This document shows, one piece after another, positions 52,162 to 63,400 of a DNA stretch of 64,000 nt. How positions within the stretch are numbered: the first letter of the stretch is position 1; each line of letters starts with the position of its first letter. Source of the DNA: Marsupella aquatica (lineage: Eukaryota > Plantae > Marchantiophyta); NCBI GenBank assembly GCA_973895155.1, contig OZ316892.1, forward strand, positions 30,807,802 through 30,871,801, in the 5' to 3' direction. The position numbers were made by a program, and so were the translations under genes. The notes below the pieces were generated by a model. The model was not told the origin of the DNA and ran no database searches. It saw only the letters and a list, made by a program, of their open reading frames with translations.

Positions 52162-53510
52162 TTGGAAGAACATTTGAAGACGTTTCCAGATGAGACATTA
52201 TGGCACATCGAGGGTGAAGAATCATGGTATGTAGACATTGTTCAAATGCTAACTCAAGGAATGTTTCCCCCTAACCTCAACCCCGAGCAACGTGCTATTT
52301 TCTTGCATAAGGTTGGACCTTATACCTTGAAGCAAGGAATCCTCTATAAACTTTCCCCGGATCAGAAACTTAAGCGTTGCTTGGAAGAACGAGAAGTCAG
52401 GAAGGTTATTGCTGCCATGCACACGGAAGAAGCTGGAGGCCATTATGCAGTCAATGTTACAATAAAGAAAATATGGGATGCTAGATATTGGTGGCCCACC
52501 ATGCATTGAGATACACATCAATTTATCAAGTCATGTGATCCGTGCCAATGCATGGGTAAACCCACCTCTACTTCTCACTGGCCTTTAACTCCCATCTTAC
52601 CTTTAGCTCCTTTTGAAAAATGGGGAATTGATTTTATAGGGCCTATTCAACCTGCAGCTGCTCACACTCGTAATTGATACATCATCCTAGCTATGGATTA
52701 CACTACTAAATGGGTAGAAGCACGAGCCACCAAGCAAAATGATGCTGCCAGTGCTGCTAAATTCTTATTTGAAGACATCATTACACGGTTTGGGTGCCCA
52801 TTAGAACTAGTCAGTGACAGAGGCTTACATTTTCTAAATAATACGATCGCACATATCACTGACAAGTATCTCATTAAGCATAGAAAGACTACCCCCTATA
52901 ACCCCAAAGCAAATGGCTTAACTGAGAAGGCTAATGGATTAATGGAGAGAATTTTAATTAAGGTAGTTTCTGCACATAAGTCGGATTGGGATCAGAAATT
53001 ACACTCTGCTCTATGGGCCTACCGCACCGCAGAAAATATTACAACGCGTTTACTCCATTTTATTTAGTCTATGGCTTGGACAGTATAGTACCCATTGAAT
53101 TCGAGGTACCCACTGACCGAGTGGCCAATCCTCAACGACTCGATGTTGAACAAAGTCAAATATTAAGATTGGAAAGTTTGGACAAGCTCGAGGAAGATCG
53201 ACACTTCTCCTTGGTTGAAACAGAGAAGCAACAGAGAATCAGGAGCCAAAGATTTGATAAAAAATTGAAGAAGGTGGAAATACAGGCAAATGATTATGTG
53301 TTATTATATGATAACCGGTACATGATATTTCCTGGGAAATTACACACAAGGTGGCTTGGACCTTATAAGGTGCGGCAAATTTTCCCTAATGGATCCTTAA
53401 TCTTGGAAGATTTACAAGGTGAGGAATTACCTACCCGAGTCAATGGGTCTCGAGTCAAGAAATATCATCTTCCTTATTCAGCCGGTTTGCAAGGGCGCGA
53501 CACCGTTTGA
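52162..53510 (+). pseudogene. pol: Ty3/gypsy integrase (end of pol), with stops and a frameshift
   Basis: HTEEAGGH..CDPC zinc finger; WGIDFIGP; LVSDRG; YNPKANGLTE; ALWAYRT; KLHTRWLGPY. Confidence 0.93.
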
Positions 53511-54296
53511 GGAGGAGGTTATGTGATAACATGGTTAAGAAGAAAGGAATAAAGAAAGTGGAAAAATTAATTTTTTTTGCCTTTGAAGCGGGAAAGAAGA
53601 ACGTTAAATGCTAAGCAAACCATTATTGAAAGCCTAACAACCATTCAAGAGATTAAGAGAAGGAAAAGAGGCTCAACCGAAAGAAAGTATTTCTTGGTAA
53701 AGAGAAGGAAACCGGACCACGAACCGGAAGCCGTAAAATCGTCTCCGGACGCTGTCAAGAAAATCTAACACCAGGTTCTTGAAGCCGAGGCTACGCTCTT
53801 CGTCCTGGGGAAAACCCATAAGCATTGGACTCCTGACAGTGAGTCGGAATCCCTCTTAAGGACGAACCGATTTTGCTCTTCTCACACCTCTCAAAGCTGA
53901 ACAGAGTAAGTTTTGAGCTCCCGAGTGAATAGGCTTGTCGAAGCAGTAGAGAAAGGAGGCTCTTCCCTTCCGGTTGAGGATCTTGGGTCCGGATTATAGG
54001 ACCATTCTAGATTCTGTGAGAGAAAGGTATAAGAGAGCCTTGACAGACTTGTGTGAGGTGGCAGCCTACTCCTACGCTTGGAGGGAAGGCTGGGGATGTG
54101 GAGATTGGCGCTAAGGCCCCCTGTTTTGATAGTTGTCTACTTTTGGGGCTTGAGCTGGTTTCTGAACCGGAACTGAACCGGTGGCGAACCGGTTTCTGCT
54201 ATATCTCGCTTGCTGGACGTTCGTTTTCGCTGAAAGTGTGCTGAGATGGAGAAGGTTGGCTGATATACGCGACGGAGTAATTATAGAGGCTATATT
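53509..54296 (+). mobile_element. Polypurine tract followed by the start of a 3' LTR (tgtgataac at 53522), truncated
   Basis: gaggaggagg directly after the integrase stop, then TG. Confidence 0.6.
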
Positions 54297-55156
54297 TGTC
54301 GTAAGTCGTAAGAACACAAAAGTAACAAAATATCTTTATAAACTCGGAATTCGATCCCTTTAGGAATAGAATTGGAATAGATTGAATGATATAGTAATTT
54401 TGAGAGGTTTAGAGTCTCTTACTCTATACAGCTCAAATTTTCCTTACAGGAAAAATAAGAAAACTAACAAAACACAAACAAAACAAACTTTTGAGTTATG
54501 AATAAAGATAAGCTTCACTTGAGTGAGATCATTATCAGTTTGATATTGCCACTCCTTCAAAAAGGACTATGGTCTTATTATATACAAACAAAATTTCTCT
54601 TAACTCATCTAAACTCTCCTTAAATCCATAAGAATACTGATTGAAAGGTAGATTTCTGATTACAAATACTAAGATATTCAATAAAATGCCGTCAACATGA
54701 ATTGATTATCAGTGATGCGCACTTTCAATCAATCACTATTGAATATACCAGAGTACAGTAATGGTACTAACTACTGTGAAAATGGAATTTTGCTTCTCTC
54801 AATCAAGCATTAATTCTCAAATTGGCTAGCAAATCTCATTTGAGTAAGTCTAGCAGTGAATTTGATATGAATCTCAAAAGGGTGTGATTGTAATTCAGTC
54901 ACACAAAGTATCTCTTGAATTCATTCACAAATCATAACATATATTTTACTTCCATACAAGTCTCTCTTGTTAAAATGGAAGGTGGAAAACTATTCAGAAT
55001 TCTAACATCTGAATAACATTTTGTCCCCGCCTTTCGGACTGGTAAAGAAAGGGGTCTTATAGGTGTAGTCTGTCAACTGAAGAGTCATGACCTTTCAAAC
55101 CTCAATATCTAAAAGGTAATCTTAAAATGGAAAAAGTAAAGTGTGGAAAATGCAGT

Positions 55157-55892
55157 GGACGCTTCTCAAAGCGTCGAGGTTTGAGCGGACGCTTTGCAAA
55201 GCGTCGGTGTTTTCCGGTAAAACTAATAAACAGTGATCTTAATCTAATTTTAACTTCTAAACTAAAAGCCGTAATGAGTTGAAACTTTTCTAGGGTACTC
55301 TACTACATATAGTCTATATGCTGGCAAAGTTTCAGACTTTTCTGAGATCTCTAAGTGCCTCAAATAAATCAGTAAAAGTGGCACGGTGTTATAAAAGTGC
55401 GAAAAACGAAAATATTTTTAAGTGTCGGGAACATAGTGGACGCTTCAGAAAGCGTCCAAACCTACAAAGGACTTTTGTGGACGCTTCAGAAAGCGTCGGC
55501 TGAATTTTGAAGTTTAGGTCGCAGCGTCCGTCTTCTGGGCTCCGGGTGCGACGCTTCAGTCAGCGTCAGTGTCGATGTCGTCTTGGAGTGGCGGACGCTT
55601 TAGAAAGCGTCGGGTCTTACGGGGACGCTTTTAAGAGCGTCGCGGCGGTCAGGACTTGACAACGGACGCTTCCAAGTAGCATCAAGTTTTGGACTGCTGC
55701 AGTGGACGCTTCACGAGGCGTCGAGTACTTGGTGCCGGTCACAGACATTGGATTGGTGCCGCGGTTGAACGTATACTAACTTCTCAGGTGGACGCTTCAG
55801 AAAGCGTTCAAAGTTGGGCTGCTTGAAACAGAGTAGTGAGGGCGGACGCTTCATAAAGCGTCAAAAGAATGCGGGCGCTTCCGAAAGCGTCA
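55157..55892. repeat. About 12 dispersed copies of the palindrome GACGCTTnnnnAAGCGTC
   Basis: For example ggacgcttcagaaagcgtcc at 55438, with similar copies near 55157, 55187, 55479, 55593, 55623, 55790 and 55844. Confidence 0.9.
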
Positions 55893-56041
55893 TCCTTGGC
55901 TCCAAAAAGTTTGAAAATATCCCGATTAAGCTCTTATTCATAATATTCAACAAAAATGCCTTCCCACAATATTCACTTCTAGCTCCTACCTTCTGCCTTC
56001 ACCGGTTCAAATCTATTTGCTACTCCAACTACCAGGCAGTA

Positions 56042-57350
56042 TGAAGAGTGCCAAGAGCAGTCCTTCTTCCAAGACTCAGAGTGGGACTCCAGTAAAGCCT
56101 GAAGTACGACGTTCAAAGAGGAAGGAGGCTCAGATCACCATGAAGCCCTAGCTTGAGACCCCTCATTCCTACTGATGCAGCTGAGAAGGAACAGCTCCGA
56201 AAAGATCTTACACTAATGGGCTGTGCCTCTTTGATGGATCTTACTTGGGGATTTCTGAGTGAAGACATGGTAAGGGAAGTGCTGGCAGGAGTTCCTCCCA
56301 CAGAATTTCAGAAGACTGCACGAGCTCGACCAGAAGCTTGGACCAAGGCATTCGTTGGAGAAGCTTTTCAGCTACCAGTTAAAGGGAGTGGCTTCTGCCC
56401 CAGAGGAGAGAATCTCACAGTGGAATACTTCGATGGCAAGATGGATGCCAAAGAAGGATGGACCATCAACCAGTGTACTCACAAGGACCTCGGGAATGTG
56501 ATGGCATTCCTAGTCCCCCTCATCTATCCAGAGAAACCAAGGAGGGTGATTCTTAAAGTAGGAAGTACTATCATTGCTTCCTTCTTCAAAACCAGAGAGG
56601 TATCATGGGCTACTATCTTCTCAAGTGTTCTAGAGAAGCAGGTCTCCGCCCTGTCCAACAGAGCCCCCACTGCTCTCTCCTGTTACTTGGTACATCTATA
56701 CTCTCATGACCAAACCTTATTCAAACATGAGAAGAGTGCATTTGGCACCAAGAGCAGCTATGTGAAATATGGAGTCTTGGATCCAGAAATTCAGAGCTTA
56801 CCAGAGTCTGAAGATGACCCAGAGCCGAAAGAGATCAACTTTGTAGGGCCAACCAGGAAGAGGAAGCTCGACAAAACTGAACCGGCTTCTGATCCGGCTT
56901 CTGAACCGGTTTTTGACCCGGTTTCCTACCCGATGAGTGGCGCTACTACCTCTTCAGCCGGTCTTTCACACTCTACCTTACACCATTTTTCTTGTTTATT
57001 CAAGGATCTTTCGGCCATCAAGACCAAGATGGGAATCATGGAACCAGTGCTCTCAAGGCTCTCCCAGGTGACTGGTGTGGCTCCTGCTGACCTTGTGAAG
57101 AAAGTGGAGGACCTGATGAAAGGAGATGAGAACAAGGTCAAGATTGAGCAGCTAGAGAAATCATTAGAGGAAGAGAAGAAGAAGAACTATCATCTTGAAC
57201 AGTTGCTGCACAAGGCAAAGGAGAAGACACAACGGAGCAACTACTCTTCGATAACATTTCCAGAGCTATGGATCACCTGGAACCCTTAGTAGAAACCAAG
57301 GGAGAGGACCTGGTACAGACCCAACTATTCAAGCAGTACTTCATTGATGT
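56042..57350 (+). pseudogene. Retroelement accessory ORF (plant-transposon-like domain plus coiled coil), truncated
   Basis: ATG at about 56042, a stop at about 56150, then ORF 56153..57289. Homologous to 39154..40155. Confidence 0.65.
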
Positions 57351-60300
57351 TCCCAATCCCCTTCTCATGCCCTTAGAAGAAGCATACCTCTTCAACTTTT
57401 GTTTAGAAGAAACTTGTCCCTAAGTATAAGAGGGAAAGTTTCCACCATTTTACTCAGACTTACATTTCACTTTTGAAAGTCTCCTTCTTTGAAGAGAAGT
57501 AATAGATTCATAATTTTGGTGATCTATGCTTTGTGTTTGGACATTAGTGTGTGACCATTCTTGCTAGAAAATCTATGGAAAGTGACTAGCAATGTCATAG
57601 TTAACCTTTAGGCTGACTGGAAATGCATGCCTGAGACCATGCAAAGGTCTAAAGATTCATGTTAACTATGGAATACTTATGGCTTATTAAGTATTAGTGG
57701 AAGAAGCACCATACGAGAACTCACAAATTGCGTAGTCCTAAAAGAGCAATCTGAAGGATTGAATAGAAGAATAAGTTAGTTCGGAGTAATCAGTACCACC
57801 TTTGCCTTGACATAGATCAGAAAGTTAATATGGGCTATCTTATATACATCTTTTACAAATTCTTAGATGGTTGGCTTTAAAGATGAGCTTTAGGCATCAG
57901 CCTAATTTAGTCAGACTCTCTGTTGACTCTTAATCATGCCTAACTTAGTCATAGATTGCTAAGTGGCGAGAGGAGATGAGACATTTAAGGCTCGCCTAAT
58001 TCTATCTTTACGCCTCTGGCTTTTGGTTGTTTTCTTATATTTTTAGAATTAATTATTGCACTGTTGATGATGCAAACATCACAATACCTGAGGATGTATT
58101 AAAAACTCCTTCCACCTTACCTAAGCATGTCGGTAAAGGCTTAAAATCTGAGATAGGTTAGCTTAACTATCTCAAAGTATATTAATACAATCTTTTAGGT
58201 CTCACAAGCTCTTAACGGGAACGAATTCTGGTTGTTTAAGAAGAAAGTAATTCATATTCCTTTAAACCCTACTCTACAGGTGAGGACTATGAATGCCAAT
58301 AATAATAGCGCCTGGTGCTACCTCTGGGTGCAACCATTCTTGGGTGAGGAGTATGAAGGCAATTAATAATAGCGTCTGGCACTACCTATTTCAATGGGCT
58401 TGAAAACATTCAATGGAAGGATAAGTATGATAATGCAATACAGTACGAGTCATTAAGTTGGCACGCTTGAAGATCTCCACTGGATCTTTGCGAGTCCGAT
58501 CCGCCCGGGTCCAAATGTGTCAGAGAGGAAGCGTCCATGAAAGTTATATCAGAGGGTCCTCTTTGAAGTGGGTACCCAGGACCAAGTGCGAACTCTCCTT
58601 ATATCTAGTCGTTCTCCTCCGATGTCCTTATTGTCAAGCCATTCTTCATTGAGTCGCAGTTGTGGCTCATCTTTTGGGCGCGTGGTTCCCGTTCTTGCTT
58701 TCGGGCCCAATTGTTCTTTTTGGCTTTCGTGCGCGTTCTTGTTCTCCTTCTCATCCCCGTTTCTCATTCTCGTCCTAGTTCACGCTGCTGTCCTCCTTCA
58801 CGTTCTTGTTTGCGCTTCTTTTTCTCGTCCTTGTCCTCACTTTCAATGGCACCTCCACGAGGGAAGGCAAAGGAGGAGGCACTTGTCCCAAGTGACACCG
58901 ACCGGGAGATCCCCGCATCAAATAGCTTATCGCCTTGACCGAATGCCAAGAGGACGACGGTTCCAATCTCGAAGAAGGGGAAACTCATCTCAAAGATGAA
59001 GAATGCCCCACCTGTGGGCCGCAGCGAAGGATCCAGTCGGCCAAATGCGAGCGGCCCGACTTCTGTTCCCGCTAGGGATATCGCCCCTGCTTCAGTCGGC
59101 CGTCCAAGAGCCGACACTATCTACACGGGGGTCTCCGAGCCTTCTTCATCCACTGAGAGTGATCGTTCTTCGAGCGGGGACTCATCACCGAGCAGGCAAG
59201 GATTTGCGTGGTATGGATCGAGCGACTCGAATGACGACTCCGATGCGTACAAGCCAAGTTGGTGGGAAGACTGATTTCCCGTTGTCAGAGCGTATCGTTC
59301 GAGTGCTGGAGAGACTTGTAGGATCCATCGAGGTTGATAGGATCTGTTTCCACTCGTTTTTTCGATAGAAAACCCATACCATTCCTTCCTTGTATGTCGG
59401 ATTTCTAGTGTACTGTAACATTTTGTATATGAACGGCACAATCATTCGTTTTTACCTCGGTGTCAATGGTTTTGAATTCAGAAGACCAAGCTTTAATTTC
59501 CGGTTCTACTCCCATGTTTGCATTGTATTTCTGAATGCGAACCTGATCTATTTCTTTGAAATGGCCGTAAACACTCGTTTGCTGTCAATGTTTTTACTAG
59601 CGTTCGGCGCTATTATGAGAAACAAAGTGTCTGTAACACTGTCCTGACATGTCTTATCTTTAAAGTGTTTTTGATAGCGTTGGGCGCTACTAATGAAAGG
59701 AATCACAAGTCAGACCCGTTCGGAGTTATTTTTACTTTTATTTCAACAAATTCTGTTCAATTGATGTGCATTTTAATAGCGCCAGGCGCTATTGTAATTC
59801 ATTGGAATATTCATTGAATGAATGGGTTCATGTGGTCATGGTTGTTGTCATTGGACTCCGATTTCATCATTTATTTGAATACTAGCGCCGAGCGCTACTA
59901 AAGTTGGCTTGTCGACACCTGCACAAAATTGGAAAATTTATAGACAATTGTGTTGATAGTACTGCCCGTAGCTACATTAAGACAGTTTTTCAGATACATT
60001 TGAAAGTATGTTGTATAATAGCGCCTGGCGCTATCCACAACTACCAACACTGATGTGGTTCCAACGGTCACTTTCCAACGATAATATTATAGTAGATTGA
60101 GGTTCACGGAACCCTTTTTGCTTTTGTCTGGGATGAAAGTCCAATCAAAGAATGCCATCTGTACTTGGACCGTTGTAATTGAATGGCTGGTTCCATTGTA
60201 TCGGTGTCTTAATACGAGGTGGAGATCGCTCGTTTGGGATAATTTAGTCCGTCTACGCGCTCAGACCTCGGACTGTACGAGTTTGTCAAGTGCGTATGTG

Positions 60301-60420
60301 CATCCTTTATTGGTCCCGTACATTTTGAGACGTGATCGTCACAAGAACTGCACGGCGCGTACGACAGTGCCGGGTGGTCGAGTAGCTCTCCATGGCAACT
60401 TTTGGCTGGGTGATACGAGA

Positions 60421-63400
60421 ATGGGGGAGGCTGATGGTGGTCATTCTGAGTCCTCTCAGTCTTTGTTCGCTGGTTCAGTATACACCCATCGCGTCACTCG
60501 ATCGACTGCGTCCCTGTCGACTTCTGAAGCTGAATCTGCACAGCCCTTTCCAAGGTTGAGGAGAGGGAGAATGGACCCTAAGGACGTCTCCATGGGTGAA
60601 GTCAGTGACATAGGCTTATCGATAGACGAGGTAATATCAAAGCACGCATTGTCGTTCGGGAAGGATTTTCGAGGATTCAATAAGGAGCCACCTCAAATTC
60701 CTCTTTGTAGATTGCTCCCCATGGAGGTTGTTCGAACCTTACAGAAAGAAAGTGCATCGATCGAGAAGTTGAAAGAATCATTCCGTGTCACCGGGTACAA
60801 CTCGCGCATTGGGATGCCTTTCTATGTTCAGCCTACAAATGCCGATGGGGTTTCTCAGATATGCACCAGCGAGATCCGGGACTCTTGGGATCCAATCTGG
60901 GTCGCAGAGAACGACAAGTTTGAGGAAGAGTGTGATGCGGACCCAGCGTTCCATATTCTAAAAGATAAAATGTTTTGTGTGTTTGACGGAAATCATCGAT
61001 TGTACTCGTGGTCAATCGTCACCAGGGAGAATCCGGACAACTTGAAGTATCATCCTCGTGTGATTTGTGTTATTTTCAATGGTGATAGAGGTTCGCTAGT
61101 TGAGCTCGAGGCGGCAATGCACACCGTGAACCAGTAAGTTCTATTCATTAACTGTTGTTACCCCTGTCATTCATTTTGGACCAAACATGCTTTGTGAAAG
61201 TGTTCATTCCCCAATTTTTGCTAGTGCCCGGCGCTACTAATTCCTTTTCATTGCATCCAGGCTTGGACAAGTAGTCGTTGAGCCTTCCTGGATTCTTGAC
61301 GCGGACAGAATTTCCCGAATTCTGTCGCGTGATTTTGATCACTATAAGCCACTCATCGACAGCCCGAACATGGCAAAGTTTGAGGCGATCCGAAAGAAGA
61401 CGAGAAAGGGGTCTTGGTTTACACATAAAATGCCACAGGATGCTCTCATCTACATTCTGTGTGTGGACAAAATCAAGTCTTATTCAATTCAATTTAAGTC
61501 TGATATGGCTTTAGCCAAAGCTCAAGGGGCTTCTTGGTCAGAAGAGGAGACCACAAAGAGGCATGAGGCAATGATGAAGGAGGCAACCAAAGATTGGTCA
61601 ATCAAAGTGACAAAGATCACCCCTTTACTTCATCCGGATTTTGGAGATTATTTGGGAACCTGTGCTGAGATGTATCCCGTAACTGAGAAGAACAAACGGG
61701 AGAAGAAGCCAGACACAGTTGTATGCACAATGGATCGAGCCAGGTTGTTTACTGTTGTTTCATACCTGGATCCAAAATTGAGGTGCACCCTTCTAGTAGC
61801 CCACTACACTCCCGAGATTCGGAAACAGTTTTTCCATCCTGCAAGTGTCAACGAGAGCCTATGAAGCAGTGGTGCCATACATGGCATACTTGGAATTCTG
61901 TGGAGGGAATTGCAACTGGAATGCTTCACACTTCCTTCAAACAGATTTCTGACCGGATGCCGGCTGACCGTCTCACAAAGTCTGGGTGTGAGTCAATGGA
62001 GGCCATGCTTAAGATCATTCTCGATGAATTCAGAAACTTTGGGGATCTTGTCAAGGAAAAATTCTTCAACAACTTGTGGCCTTCCAAATATGCGGACAAG
62101 GAAGATTACACAGAGCGGAACCGGAAGAGAGCCAAACGATATCTACACCAATTTTACATGTGGATGGAGCTTAGATCTCCTGACACTCTGTGGGCATACC
62201 CGCCTGCATTTCAGAAATGGGTGTCTATTGAAGAGGGAGACGCTCTTGCCGACCTTTATTCGATGTACCCAGCGGAGGGAAAGTTTCCACCACGTTCATT
62301 GTTGGAGTGGGAGAGACTTCACTGTCCGTGGTACCTCGACACAGACAAATGGGATTTACAGTTTGACAAAGCTGAGAAGGATGCCTTCATGAAGTTGCAG
62401 AAGTCCCAGATCCCTGCCAACTATGTGTCTGCAATGAAGCAAGGTCTCCAGTCTGATGTTGACGAATCTGCATCTGAGTTACAAAAGAATTGTGAGTCTC
62501 TTGTCATGCACGTTGACCGAAGCCGTAAGCCAAGAGCAAAGGCAAAGAATGAGTCAGCTGCACCAAGTGACTCCACAAGGTCCTTCAAGAAAAGTGAGTA
62601 GTCTAAGCGCTTTTTGGTTACTTGTTGGCACTGCTTATGCAGGAGTTTCATTTGGAAATCCCTTTGATTAATAGCGCCTGGCACTAGTCTAAAAGGTTGG
62701 ACTCATGCAAGTTTCTGTGCCTAATAGGAGGTCGAAAGTCCAACACTGAGGTCCCGGCTGCCGAAGGGAAGAATGATGCAACTCCTCAGGCATCGGAGGC
62801 AAACACTGGAGCTCAAGAAACCCCGGATCAAGGGACCCCGGATGGTGCTGGCAAATCCATTGTCCCTGTTGACGCAACTAGCACAAAGAAAAAGAAAAAG
62901 AGAGGCGCCGGTGAGGACAGAGCAGCATCATCTACTCGAGACGTTATTTCCTGTGGACTTCAAAGAGATGTCGGGAATTTTAAGCGAAGGTGTTCTAGAC
63001 ACTGTTTTGTGGAGTCCAATTTAAACAAATTTTACGATTTGGTATTTAACAAGGGGATGAAGCCCATGTGGGTTACTAAAGTTGAGGCCTGGGGAAAGGA
63101 ATTGGTAAAGTCAGGAGACAGAGAGAAGGGAGTAATGCGTGGCAGAAAAGAGAGGGGCTTTGGTGTGGATGCTGGTTTCATCTACATTCCCACTGGATTA
63201 AAACCAACACTTCTTGATCGGAAAGTTCCCAGATGGAACCTTCAGGATTACACTATTCCTAGCTCTTTCTTCCGAGCCATGGAGCCGTTCCTTGCAGACA
63301 ATGGCCTACTTGCAATTTTACACAGAGGAGACTATGATCAGGTATCTGAAGTGATTGCGGCTTGCCAGGATTCTAAGTGTTTCCAGTGTATTTCAACCCA

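Larger units (their letters stand above)
54297..58278. mobile_element. Composite of family C-related LTR pieces
   Basis: Shares aaactcgg.attcg.tccc, aaaatg.cgtcaacatg, ggggtcttatag and ttaacttc..aacta blocks with 36503-37630. The right end ...cgggaacgaattc...ctctaca (58278) is a related terminus in the opposite orientation. Confidence 0.55.

Noticed and set aside
55157-55892. Palindromic repeats with variable spacers resembling a CRISPR array
   Set aside because: Repeats are only about 18 bp, spacing is irregular, no cas genes are present, and the context is a eukaryotic retroelement.
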